Positions 9,265-17,471 of a DNA stretch of 64,000 bases are shown here, piece by piece. The stretch is from NCBI GenBank assembly GCA_015062495.1, contig SUUN01000001.1, forward strand, positions 97,069 to 161,068, read 5' to 3'. A program made the position numbers and the translations under genes. The stretch is from Alphaproteobacteria bacterium. Lineage in GTDB: Bacteria; Pseudomonadota; Alphaproteobacteria; Rs-D84. The notes beneath the pieces were generated by a model. That model was not told where the DNA came from. It ran no database searches and saw only the letters and a list, made by a program, of their open reading frames with translations. The stretch's first letter is position 1. Each line of letters starts with the position of its first letter.

Positions 9265-9792
9265 ATGTTTGGTTTTGGTAAAAAGAAAGACAAAGCGCAG
9301 GTAAACAGTAATATTACTGATGCAGATATCAAGGCGGCGGAAAAGGACCTGGGGGTGGATAAAATGCCGGCCGGAATGAAAGAAACCGCCCAGCGCATGA
9401 TGAGCGGTGAATTTGATATGAATGATATGTTGGCCCAATTAAAGCAAATCAAAAAAATGAGTAATTTTAGCGGTCTGTTGAAAATGGTGCCGGGAATGAG
9501 TGGCGCAGTGTCTGCGATGAAGGAAAAGATTAAAGATGGCAGTGTTGATGCCCAGATTAAAATACTGGAAGCAATGACACCGGCTGAACGCGCAGAACCA
9601 GAAAAAGTTTTTGCCAATGCCAAGGCGCGTATCGCAGAAACCGCAAAATGTACCGTGCGTGATGTGGAACATATCATCAAACAGTACACCAAGATGAAGC
9701 AACAGATGGCAATGATTCAACGTATGGGTGGTATGGAGGCCGTAATGCAGAAAATGCAGCAACAGCCCGGTCCAAAACCACAGGGGTTGTAA
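9265..9792 (+). CDS. Standalone SRP54/Ffh M-domain-like protein (no NG domain)
   Basis: AAGGAG RBS; FDMNDMLAQLKQIKKMSNFSGLLKMVPGMSG and IKILEAMTPAERAEPE...RIAETAK...IIKQYTKMKQQMAMIQRM align with the Ffh M domain; Met-rich; the SRKRRIA.GSG RNA-binding motif is degenerate. Confidence 0.55.
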   Translation: MFGFGKKKDKAQVNSNITDADIKAAEKDLGVDKMPAGMKETAQRMMSGEFDMNDMLAQLKQIKKMSNFSGLLKMVPGMSGAVSAMKEKIKDGSVDAQIKILEAMTPAERAEPEKVFANAKARIAETAKCTVRDVEHIIKQYTKMKQQMAMIQRMGGMEAVMQKMQQQPGPKPQGL

Positions 9793-9843
9793 TGTCTTTT
9801 TTAGAGAGAGGGTGTAGTACACAAAAAACTCAAAGGATATAAG

Positions 9844-10113
9844 ATGAAGATAAATTGGAAAAAATTGTTTGATTGGAGCATCGAAGCCGTTGGTGGCCCA
9901 GGCGAAACATATGATAAAAATGGTCGTGTGCGTGGGTACAAAGTGGTTGTAAAGTACACACATCATGGTTCAGATGAATTATTTTTTGGCATGGAAGATG
10001 AACATTTGTGGACACAATATGGCAGTCCAGAAAATGCCGCAAAGCAGACGGTGAAGTACTATCAGGATAAAATTGCCAAACAGCGTAAAGTACACTTAGC
10101 ACGTCAAAAATAA
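9844..10113 (+). CDS. Hypothetical protein
   Basis: 89-aa ORF with AAGGA RBS; no recognisable motifs. Confidence 0.4.
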   Translation: MKINWKKLFDWSIEAVGGPGETYDKNGRVRGYKVVVKYTHHGSDELFFGMEDEHLWTQYGSPENAAKQTVKYYQDKIAKQRKVHLARQK

Positions 10114-10772
10114 TGAAAATAACCAATAAAAAGATTGCTAGTAAAAAATCATCGGTCGCCTGGTTGCAACGCCAGGCGGCAGATCCATATGTTGCACGGG
10201 CGCAAAAAGAAGGTTATCGGGCGCGTGCGGCATATAAACTGATTGAAATGAACGAAAAGTTCAAGTTTCTGCGCAATGGCCAGGTGGTGGTTGACCTGGG
10301 GGCGGCACCGGGGTCGTGGTCGCAATATATTGCGCGAACATATCCAAAATCGCGTGTGTTTGCGATGGATTTGCTGGAAATTTCACCAATCGTCGGTGTG
10401 GAAACGTATCAGGGCGACTTTACATCTGATGCGGCATTGCGTTGGCTGGAAGACAAGTTGGGATTACAACCCGATGAAATTGGCGCGGGCACTGCAGATG
10501 TGATTGTGTCGGATATGGCACCTAATACAGTGGGACATAAAAAAACCGACCATATTCGTCAGATGGTGTTGCTGGAATATGCGTTTGATTTTGCGTTGCG
10601 TGCATTAAAACCGGGTGGAACATTTGTGTGCAAGTCATTTACAGGTGGCACAACCCAGGATTTGCTGAAACAAATCAAGGAACATTTTGAATATGTTCAC
10701 CATATAAAACCGCCGTCTTCGCGCAAGGACAGCGTGGAAATGTTTATAGTTGCGCTTGGGTTTCGTGGATAA
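10113..10772 (+). CDS. rlmE: 23S rRNA (uridine2552-2'-O)-methyltransferase RlmE/FtsJ
   Basis: SAM-binding VVDLGAAPGSWSQ, DMAPN, K..D catalytic tetrad context; 219 aa. Confidence 0.9.
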   Translation: MKITNKKIASKKSSVAWLQRQAADPYVARAQKEGYRARAAYKLIEMNEKFKFLRNGQVVVDLGAAPGSWSQYIARTYPKSRVFAMDLLEISPIVGVETYQGDFTSDAALRWLEDKLGLQPDEIGAGTADVIVSDMAPNTVGHKKTDHIRQMVLLEYAFDFALRALKPGGTFVCKSFTGGTTQDLLKQIKEHFEYVHHIKPPSSRKDSVEMFIVALGFRG

Positions 10773-10862
10773 CATCCCCCGTTTGGGGGATTTTTTCAAA
10801 GTGCAAATAGCAAAGCGCAAAGAGCAATTAATATTTAGATAAATAAAAGTTTATCTAAGTAA

Positions 10863-11142
10863 TTGAATTTATAACAACTATGGCGTATAATGAATGTGTC
10901 GTCGGGTGTTCCGATGACGGGGTGTGAGAACCCGTTCCTTTGCGTCTGAGAAATGTTATGGACGCGCCAAAGATGGCGTGTTTTTTGTCAGATGAAAAAT
11001 AAAAAAACTCCTGATACCCCATTGGGTCAGGAGGGTTGCGATATATATAAATAAGCACACAATTCAAAGGATTGTTCTCAACCTCCTGACCGTCAAAAAA
11101 ATGACGGTTTTTGTTTAACAAAAAAATCAGGAGATTGAACAA
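10863..11142 (+). promoter_or_regulatory. Leader copy 1: promoter TTGAAT-N17-TATAAT (10863-10891) plus a ~250-nt structured leader with two terminators and mutually exclusive pairings
   Basis: Hairpin ACGGG-GTGTGAGAA-CCCGT; terminator CGCGCC-aaagat-GGCGTG+T6 (10962-10986); hairpin CTCCTGAT..GTCAGGAG (11009-11033); GGTCAGGAGGGTTG can pair with CAACCTCCTGACC (11079-11091), which overlaps terminator 2 (GACCGTCA..TGACGGTTTTT, 11088-11112); SD CAGGAGAT then ATG. Confidence 0.65.
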
Positions 11143-11670
11143 ATGAGAAATAAACATATTTTTATTTGTGCCCTGTGTGCGACGTTTGTTGCGCCCGTGG
11201 CACATGGGGCAAGTTGTTTTTATGATGTTGATTGCGAAAGTACAAGTCCATCTGGGGGAATTACGATTGGGCTTACTTGTCCCACGATTACGGTTGGACT
11301 GAAAACGTATGTGGGTATCATGAAGCATTCGTTCACGCACACATGCAACTTTGTGTCTGGGTCGTTGTATGGTTCGTGTGGTCAATTAATTAATGCGGAT
11401 GTCCGTTATGCGTGCTGTCCAGGGTATTATGGCGAATGTAGCGATAATACCGATATTACGACGTGCAGTTGTTCACGATGTCCGCAGTTTAGCGATGCGT
11501 CTGGAACGGTTTATGGAACGACGGAGGGACCGGTGGCAGGAAACGCAAGCAGTTATTCTGGCAATGCCCCGTCCAAGACAGATTGTTATGTTCCAGCCGA
11601 CAAGGGATACGAGGATTCAGATGGGACAGGAACATTTGAATTTACGTCAAAATGTTATTATTCCAATTAA
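11143..11670 (+). CDS. Cys-rich secreted protein, paralog A (C-terminal ...TCSCSRCP...CY...GTGTFEFTSKCYYSN module)
   Basis: Signal peptide MRNKHIFICALCATFVAPVAHG; 16 Cys; C-terminal module shared with the 21552 and 29339 proteins. Confidence 0.6.
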   Translation: MRNKHIFICALCATFVAPVAHGASCFYDVDCESTSPSGGITIGLTCPTITVGLKTYVGIMKHSFTHTCNFVSGSLYGSCGQLINADVRYACCPGYYGECSDNTDITTCSCSRCPQFSDASGTVYGTTEGPVAGNASSYSGNAPSKTDCYVPADKGYEDSDGTGTFEFTSKCYYSN

Positions 11671-11697
11671 AAAATCCCCCGAATGGGGGATTTTTTA
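11671..11697 (+). terminator. Rho-independent terminator
   Basis: AAAATCCCCC-gaat-GGGGGATTTTTT. Confidence 0.7.
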
Positions 11698-11731
11698 GTG
11701 GTTAGTGGTAAGTATCTTACAAGGAGGAAAT

Positions 11732-11959
11732 ATGAACAAACTATATTTTTTTCTTTTTTTTATTTTTGTGTTGTGGGGGGCATATATCGTTGGGGGACGT
11801 GTTGAACATGAAAAATGTAAGGCTGTTGCAGCAGATGATGTTGCAACCCATCAGATGAAATTTATTAGATTACAGGAGGATATTAATGCAGAGGCTGTTA
11901 GTCGTGGGGTTGGTGATATTCGTCGCGTCCTGCGCGAAAAATACACAATTGCCGAATAA
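11732..11959 (+). CDS. Small membrane protein, hypothetical
   Basis: AAGGAGG RBS; N-terminal TM (LYFFLFFIFVLWGAYIV); overlaps the next small ORF in another frame, so only one of the two may be real. Confidence 0.3.
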   Translation: MNKLYFFLFFIFVLWGAYIVGGRVEHEKCKAVAADDVATHQMKFIRLQEDINAEAVSRGVGDIRRVLREKYTIAE

Positions 11960-12083
11960 TGTCTGTGCGCCAATCGTATGCGAGCCGATATATGGACGGG
12001 CGGACGACTGGGGTGTGATAAGCGATGATTTGGCACGAAATATTTACAGGCATAATAAACTGTGCGCGGAATATAATAAATAG
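11886..12083 (+). CDS. Small lipoprotein-like protein, hypothetical
   Basis: CAGGAGG RBS; signal peptide with lipobox-like VASC; 65 aa. Confidence 0.35.
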   Translation: MQRLLVVGLVIFVASCAKNTQLPNNVCAPIVCEPIYGRADDWGVISDDLARNIYRHNKLCAEYNK

Positions 12084-12121
12084 TCGGTTGACAATGTTGT
12101 AGTTTGTGCTATATTTATAGT

Positions 12122-13063
12122 ATGATAAAAAACACTGACACTTTGATTAATGATATAAATGCGCCACGTGTGCATCACCGTGCCTTGACGGGGTATTTGC
12201 GGCGCAATTGGTCACGCAATCCGAATGAGTTAAAGCGAATTGTTTATAATACAGATGTGTCACAATATCTGGGGGCGTTGCCACCACAGTTGCGGGCGCG
12301 TGTTCCGCGGGAACAGATTGCGACCGTTACAGCACAGTTTCGCGACAAACTGGAAAACTTTTTAATCGACAATATTGTTGATTTGCGGGCAATGGAAACA
12401 GATCGGGTTTATGATTTGTCGGAAATTGGCGATTTGTTTGGCACGCAGTGTAGTCTGGTGGCGCGCGGTATTAATGTATATGGGGTAAATCCGTGGTCGG
12501 GGTTGTTGGGGTTTGTGTGCAAAATGTCGTTCCCGGAAATTGGCGCGCATTATGCGTTGAAACTGTATTATAACCATATTCCAGAAGTTACGCATTATAG
12601 CCACGGTCCGTGGTTTGAAGTTGCGACCGCATTGGCCACTAACAAGGCTGAGCCGCATGATAACGTGCCAATGTATATGGCATCCCTGCGGTACGAGAAA
12701 TATTTGCTTAGTCAATGGGCCGGTGACAGGGATGATGGTGTGCCGCAACGCGATAATAAATTTAAGGTCTTTTGTACGCGTACTGATGAAGACGAGTCCA
12801 GAAATCGTCGTGGTGGGCGTCGAATTGACTGGGGCGAAACATATATGACAAATTATGGTGGTTTGTCGTATCATGGGCGTAAAATATACCGCCAGGCACT
12901 GAATATGGACGAAGTAGGGCTGCGTAAATCAATTGTACGTGCGCGTAATAATTTTGAAAAACGTGACGTGGCGAATGCATTGGAACTGGCCGGGTTGATT
13001 GCGTGGTATGATGATAATCAGCCGTTATCCCAGTTCCTGTATCGCGTTCAAAATCAACGCTAG
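12122..13063 (+). CDS. Hypothetical protein
   Basis: Long ORF (track start 12104); a TTGACA-N16-TATATT promoter-like site at 12087-12116 suggests the ATG at 12122 (MIKNTD) is the start; no motifs recognised. Confidence 0.45.
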   Translation: MIKNTDTLINDINAPRVHHRALTGYLRRNWSRNPNELKRIVYNTDVSQYLGALPPQLRARVPREQIATVTAQFRDKLENFLIDNIVDLRAMETDRVYDLSEIGDLFGTQCSLVARGINVYGVNPWSGLLGFVCKMSFPEIGAHYALKLYYNHIPEVTHYSHGPWFEVATALATNKAEPHDNVPMYMASLRYEKYLLSQWAGDRDDGVPQRDNKFKVFCTRTDEDESRNRRGGRRIDWGETYMTNYGGLSYHGRKIYRQALNMDEVGLRKSIVRARNNFEKRDVANALELAGLIAWYDDNQPLSQFLYRVQNQR

Positions 13064-13066
13064 GGT

Positions 13067-13903
13067 TTATTCGCCAACGACCAATCCAACCAATCGTTTG
13101 ACGATTTGGGCATTTTGTGCATCGCCAGATGGGGCGTATTCCACGAATTCAATGCTGGTTGCATCGTCAAATTCACGAATCAGGTATTCGGCGGCGTCTG
13201 GGGTTATGCCGTCGGGCGCGGGGACAAGGACATCGCCAAAATACTTTGGGTCAATCGCATCAAAATCAAACGATACAACAAATGGGCGATTGCCAATTTT
13301 ATGTCGGATTTCTGCCACTGCATTACGCAAATCGTCGCCTGTTTTCAATTGTTCGGGCGTGCGTGTGTATATGTTATTTGCGCGAACAAATTCGATTTCA
13401 GCGGGTTCATATGAACGTGTGCCCAGATAGAATACCCGGTCGGGTGTCAGGGCAGGTTTGGTTTTTAACAAAGACAACCAGCGTTCATCACCAGTACCCA
13501 TCAATGCGCGAACGTTCGTGCCGTGTGGCGCGCCAGATGCCTGGGCCTGGGCGGATTGGGGTGTGTGAATATCCAAGTGTGCATCAATATACACCAGGCA
13601 CAGGTCGTTATTTGTCGTACGGTCGGCCAATGCGGCAAAATGCCCATAGTTAACCGAGTGGTCGCCGCCAATCATAATATGTCGCTCGTATGGTGTGGCG
13701 GCATAGATTTTTTGCTGAATCTTGTAATTTTCGCCAAAGCGATCGCGGGCGCATTCGTCCGCATCGAACGCGTCGGCAACAACCGTTGTCCAGTCTGCGT
13801 TTGGAAACATTTCTTTGATTGCAGCCGGGGCCAGCGCAGGCCCGCCGTTAATCGCAGTGCGCAGGCATCCGCGACCGTATTCGATACCCATTATATTATT
13901 CAC
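13067..13903 (-). CDS. Arginase/agmatinase/formiminoglutamase-family metallohydrolase
   Basis: Mn-binding motifs GGDHSV, DAHLDIHT, SFDFDAIDP; 278 aa. Confidence 0.8.
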   Translation of the reverse strand: MNNIMGIEYGRGCLRTAINGGPALAPAAIKEMFPNADWTTVVADAFDADECARDRFGENYKIQQKIYAATPYERHIMIGGDHSVNYGHFAALADRTTNNDLCLVYIDAHLDIHTPQSAQAQASGAPHGTNVRALMGTGDERWLSLLKTKPALTPDRVFYLGTRSYEPAEIEFVRANNIYTRTPEQLKTGDDLRNAVAEIRHKIGNRPFVVSFDFDAIDPKYFGDVLVPAPDGITPDAAEYLIREFDDATSIEFVEYAPSGDAQNAQIVKRLVGLVVGE

Positions 13904-14834
13904 GATAAGACTCCACTATACTTTCGGCGGCGTTTTTTAATCTTTGTAATGATTGCTCGTACGTGGCACAATCGCGTGCAATTTCAGAGCGGTATGCATC
14001 GCGCAGGTTGCCCGCCATATAATAACAACCCTGCAGATGTTGGACACAATATTCGTGCCCGGTGTTATATGCGTTTTGACCACGGACACGACTTTCCATA
14101 TCTGCCCAGTTGATATCAAGGGCCGCGTCCAGGTTTGTCCATGAATTTTCATTGGTGTATTTGCCAACTGTTGACATCCAGTATTCGTCCATTTCGGCGT
14201 CCGTCCATGTGTTTGTTGAACGCATTGTTAAAATCTGGGTAATCAAATTTTCAATCGCAGGTTGGTATTCCGAATCGATTTGGGATAATTTCGAACTGCA
14301 ATAGCAACGGTTGTACGCGGTGTTTTCGCGTTCGCAATACTGGTTCATACATTCTGTGTAATCGGACAGGCATCGCGTGGATGATACGCGTTCTGTGGCG
14401 GTGCTTGCGGTCTGGGTTGTCGCAGAACGATTTGTGTATGTTGTTGGATGACTGCGATTTGTTGCGGAGGTTGAAACCACAGTTTGCGTCTGGTTACCAC
14501 GCAGATTGCCGCGACGCGCCACAACGCGGCGTGCGTTTGGTGTGGATGCAGTACTTGATGCAGTTGCCGAACGTGCGGTGCTTTTTGCGGTTCGTGGTAC
14601 AACGCGTCGCGCCCCAGACAGTGGTGTTGTTTTAACGACTGTGTCAATCAGGTTTGAATTCTGGGTCGGTGTTACGCCGGGGTTCAGGTTTGTACGCATC
14701 TGGTTATTCATATATGGGTACATGTAATTGTAGTTATAACCAGTTGTGTTGGTCATGCGCGCGTCGCGTGTTGCGGCGGACGCGTTGAAAACCAGGGCGA
14801 AAAATGCAAAAAAACAGAATATTCTTTTTCTCAT
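13896..14834 (-). CDS. Secreted Ser/Thr-rich, Cys-containing hypothetical protein
   Basis: Track ORF extends to 15014 but that extension is antisense to tRNA-Pro; the internal ATG (MRKRIFCFFAFFALVFNASA signal peptide) at 14834 is taken as the start. Confidence 0.5.
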   Translation of the reverse strand: MRKRIFCFFAFFALVFNASAATRDARMTNTTGYNYNYMYPYMNNQMRTNLNPGVTPTQNSNLIDTVVKTTPLSGARRVVPRTAKSTARSATASSTASTPNARRVVARRGNLRGNQTQTVVSTSATNRSHPTTYTNRSATTQTASTATERVSSTRCLSDYTECMNQYCERENTAYNRCYCSSKLSQIDSEYQPAIENLITQILTMRSTNTWTDAEMDEYWMSTVGKYTNENSWTNLDAALDINWADMESRVRGQNAYNTGHEYCVQHLQGCYYMAGNLRDAYRSEIARDCATYEQSLQRLKNAAESIVESYRE

Positions 14835-14917
14835 TACTGTAATGATAGAAAAATTGATATAAAAATAAAAGAAAAATTTGCAATCAGAAAAAATGCTGTT
14901 ATAATAGCCCATGTTTT

Positions 14918-14994
14918 CGGGGTGTAGCTCAGTCTGGTAGAGTGCTTGGTTTGGGACCAAGATGTCGAAGGTTCGAATCCTTTCGCCCCGACCA
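14918..14994 (+). tRNA. tRNA-Pro, anticodon TGG
   Basis: Acceptor CGGGGTG/CGCCCCG, anticodon arm CTTGG-TTTGGGA-CCAAG (anticodon TGG), T-loop GTTCGAATC, 3' ACCA. Confidence 0.85.
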
Positions 14995-15197
14995 GAAAAT
15001 TCAAACCGTCGCATTTGCGGCGGTTTTAATTTTCTGTTTGGAACGCGTGGATTCGAACGACAAAATTCTTTTGTCGGGTTCGAATGTTACCCTCGTCCGT
15101 CGCATAAATGCGCCGCGACTGCGGGGCATTCGTGACGATTTCGCTGTGCTTTGCGTGCAAAATCTACTCATTGTCTCCCCGAGGCATGAGATAAACA

Positions 15198-15228
15198 AAA
15201 ATACCGCAGTTAGTGCGGTATTTTTATT
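15198..15228. terminator. Bidirectional rho-independent terminator (serves rnhA on the minus strand)
   Basis: ATACCGCA-gtta-GTGCGGTAT flanked by A- and T-runs on both sides. Confidence 0.6.
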
Positions 15229-15652
15229 TTAAACTTTCGGCGGCGGTGCGTGCCAATGTGTCAACGCGTTCGTTCATTTCATCGCCGTTGTGGCCGCGTA
15301 CCCAAAACCAATGGATTTTCTTGGTCGATGCCAATTCGTCCAGTTTTTGCCACAGTTCTTGGTTTTTGACCGGTTTTTTGTCCGCAGTGCGCCAATTGTT
15401 TTTCTTCCAATTTTTTATCCATGATTGCATGCCGTTTTTTACATACTGGCTGTCGGTGTGGATTTCCAGTTCGTCGTGTCGGCGCGCCGCCGTCAATGCG
15501 CAAATCACCGCCATTAATTCCATGCGATTGTTTGTTGTGTTATGTTCGCCACCACTGCGTTCGGCGGTGTGTGTGCCGTCGGTCGCAACAAATCCCCAAC
15601 CGCCGGGGCCTGGGTTGCCCAGGCAAGAGCCATCAGTCCAAATTTTTAGCAT
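15224..15652 (-). CDS. rnhA: Ribonuclease HI
   Basis: MLKIWTDGSCLGNPGPGGWG...ELMA...HTDSQY...W..RGH.G...NERVD; the track ORF has a spurious N-terminal extension, start set at the MLKIW ATG. Confidence 0.9.
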   Translation of the reverse strand: MLKIWTDGSCLGNPGPGGWGFVATDGTHTAERSGGEHNTTNNRMELMAVICALTAARRHDELEIHTDSQYVKNGMQSWIKNWKKNNWRTADKKPVKNQELWQKLDELASTKKIHWFWVRGHNGDEMNERVDTLARTAAESLK

Positions 15653-15687
15653 TTTATATGTGTCCTTTTTATGATATAATATCACAC

Positions 15688-17469
15688 ATGAAGTATATTT
15701 CCAAAGATTTAAAAGACATGGCAAACGCAGTGCGCGCGTGGGCAATGTATGCAATTCGAACGGCGGCCAGTGGGCATGTCGGAATTGTGCTGGGGGCGGC
15801 GGATGTTGTGACGGTTGTGTTTGCGAATTTTATGCGCCGTGGGCGCGACCGGTTTGTGATGTCGGCGGGACATGGCAGTGCACTGTTGTATTCTGTATTA
15901 AAGTTGGCGGGATATAATATTGGCGATATGGAATCTTTTCGCAAAATTGGCGGGTTGCCCGGACATCCAGAATATGGTATCGATGGGGTTGATGCAACAA
16001 CGGGGCCCCTGGGCCAGGGGGTTGGGAATGCCGTTGGTATGGCAATTGCGGCAAAAATTCAAAACACAGATTCACGTGTGTATTGTTTGTGTTCGGACGG
16101 TGATTTGATGGAAGGCGTTGCCCAGGAATCAATTGCGTTTGCAGGACGATATAAATTAAACAACCTGGTCTTATTATGGGATGATAATGGTGTCAGTATC
16201 GATGGTGTGGCGCAGACTGATATTGATATGCCGGCGCGTATGGTGGCGGCTGGATGGCGGGTGATGTCAGTTGATGGACACGATTTTGCACAAATTAACC
16301 GTGCGTTGGAAAATGCAAAAAAATCTGATTTGCCGGTGTTTGTTCAATGCAAAACCCAGATTGGACGTGATTCGTCTGTGGCGGGAACGCGCAAGGCGCA
16401 TGGACTGGCAATCAATGATTCTGAATTGATGCAGTTGGTCCAGAAATTTATTTCGCCGTGTGGTGATAATCTGTGGCGAAATGTGGCTATGGAAAATGTG
16501 GCCGTTGTGTCGGGAAATGAACAGTATAATTTGCCACATGCGGTCTTGGCCGATGTGCCCGAAAAAATATCGACACGCGAATTGTCGGGGATGTATTTGG
16601 GCGCGTTGTTGGGTGCGGGCGCAGATATAGTCGGGGGCAGTGCCGACCTGGGGGACAGTACGAATGTGCATGTGTCTGGGGCGTGCGATATAACCAATAA
16701 TGATTTTACGGGGAATTATATAAATTTTGGTGTGCGCGAAGGTGCAATGGCGGCAATTTTAAATGGCATGGCGTTGTCGGGGCTGCGGGTGTTCGGTTCG
16801 ACGTTCTTGGTGTTCAGTGATTATATGCGGCCGGCTATGCGTTTAAGTGCACTGATGGGCGTGCCGGTGGTCTATGTTTTAACGCACGACAGTGTTGCAG
16901 TTGGCGAAGATGGCCCAACACATCAGCCAATTGAACAGTTGCCATCACTGCGTATGATTCCAAATATGAATGTGTTTCGTCCATGTAATGGGACCGAGGT
17001 GATTTATGCATGGCGACGTGCGTTGACGGAAAAGGCGCGACCATCATGTATCGTTTTGTCGCGTCAGAAATTTAAACAGTATGCAACACCGTTGGGCGCG
17101 GATTTGGCATGTGGTGCGTATATTATTCGACCGGCAAATTCGACGCGTGTTCGTGCAACAATTATTGCCACAGGCAGTGAAGTTCCATTGGCGATTGCGG
17201 TGGCGGAAAAATTGGGTAATGGTGTCCAGGTCGTGTCCATGCCGTCGGTCGCGGATTTTCGTGCACAATCCCCAGAATATAAACAACAGATTTTGCGTGG
17301 CTTTGTCGTAGCGATAGAGGCATCTGTGTCCGCCCCATGGTTTGAATTTGCCGATGCGGTGGTTGGAATTGACCGTTTCGGAATGTCTGGTGATGGAAAT
17401 TCGGTTTGTTCGGAACTGGGGTTCAATGTGGATGCGATTGTGGCCGATATTCTGGATAAGATTAGATAG
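15688..17469 (+). CDS. tkt: Transketolase
   Basis: TPP-binding motif GHPEYG...TTGPLGQGVGNAVGMA, pyrimidine-binding and C-terminal domains; start at the MKYISKD ATG (the track N-extension overlaps rnhA); -10 TATAAT upstream. Confidence 0.88.
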   Translation: MKYISKDLKDMANAVRAWAMYAIRTAASGHVGIVLGAADVVTVVFANFMRRGRDRFVMSAGHGSALLYSVLKLAGYNIGDMESFRKIGGLPGHPEYGIDGVDATTGPLGQGVGNAVGMAIAAKIQNTDSRVYCLCSDGDLMEGVAQESIAFAGRYKLNNLVLLWDDNGVSIDGVAQTDIDMPARMVAAGWRVMSVDGHDFAQINRALENAKKSDLPVFVQCKTQIGRDSSVAGTRKAHGLAINDSELMQLVQKFISPCGDNLWRNVAMENVAVVSGNEQYNLPHAVLADVPEKISTRELSGMYLGALLGAGADIVGGSADLGDSTNVHVSGACDITNNDFTGNYINFGVREGAMAAILNGMALSGLRVFGSTFLVFSDYMRPAMRLSALMGVPVVYVLTHDSVAVGEDGPTHQPIEQLPSLRMIPNMNVFRPCNGTEVIYAWRRALTEKARPSCIVLSRQKFKQYATPLGADLACGAYIIRPANSTRVRATIIATGSEVPLAIAVAEKLGNGVQVVSMPSVADFRAQSPEYKQQILRGFVVAIEASVSAPWFEFADAVVGIDRFGMSGDGNSVCSELGFNVDAIVADILDKIR

Positions 17470-17471
17470 AA

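Noticed and set aside
10855-11385. 176-aa minus-strand ORF spanning leader copy 1 and the start of paralog A
   Set aside because: Antisense to a conserved promoter/leader and to a well-supported plus-strand gene; no RBS; composition atypical.
14835-15014. N-terminal 60 aa of track ORF 13896..15014 (MRRFEFSGRGERIRTFDILVPNQALYQTELHP...)
   Set aside because: Antisense to tRNA-Pro (a classic spurious ORF). The real start is the internal ATG at 14834, with a signal peptide.
15040-15200. Possible two-piece (permuted) tmRNA downstream of tRNA-Pro
   Set aside because: No reading frame ending in ..AA-stop resembling an SsrA tag, no GGGG...CCA acceptor pairing; only T-loop-like fragments.
15421-15687. 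N-terminal 89 aa of track ORF 15421..17469
   Set aside because: Overlaps rnhA on the opposite strand and lies upstream of a good -10 box. Transketolase homology begins at the MKYISKD ATG at 15688.
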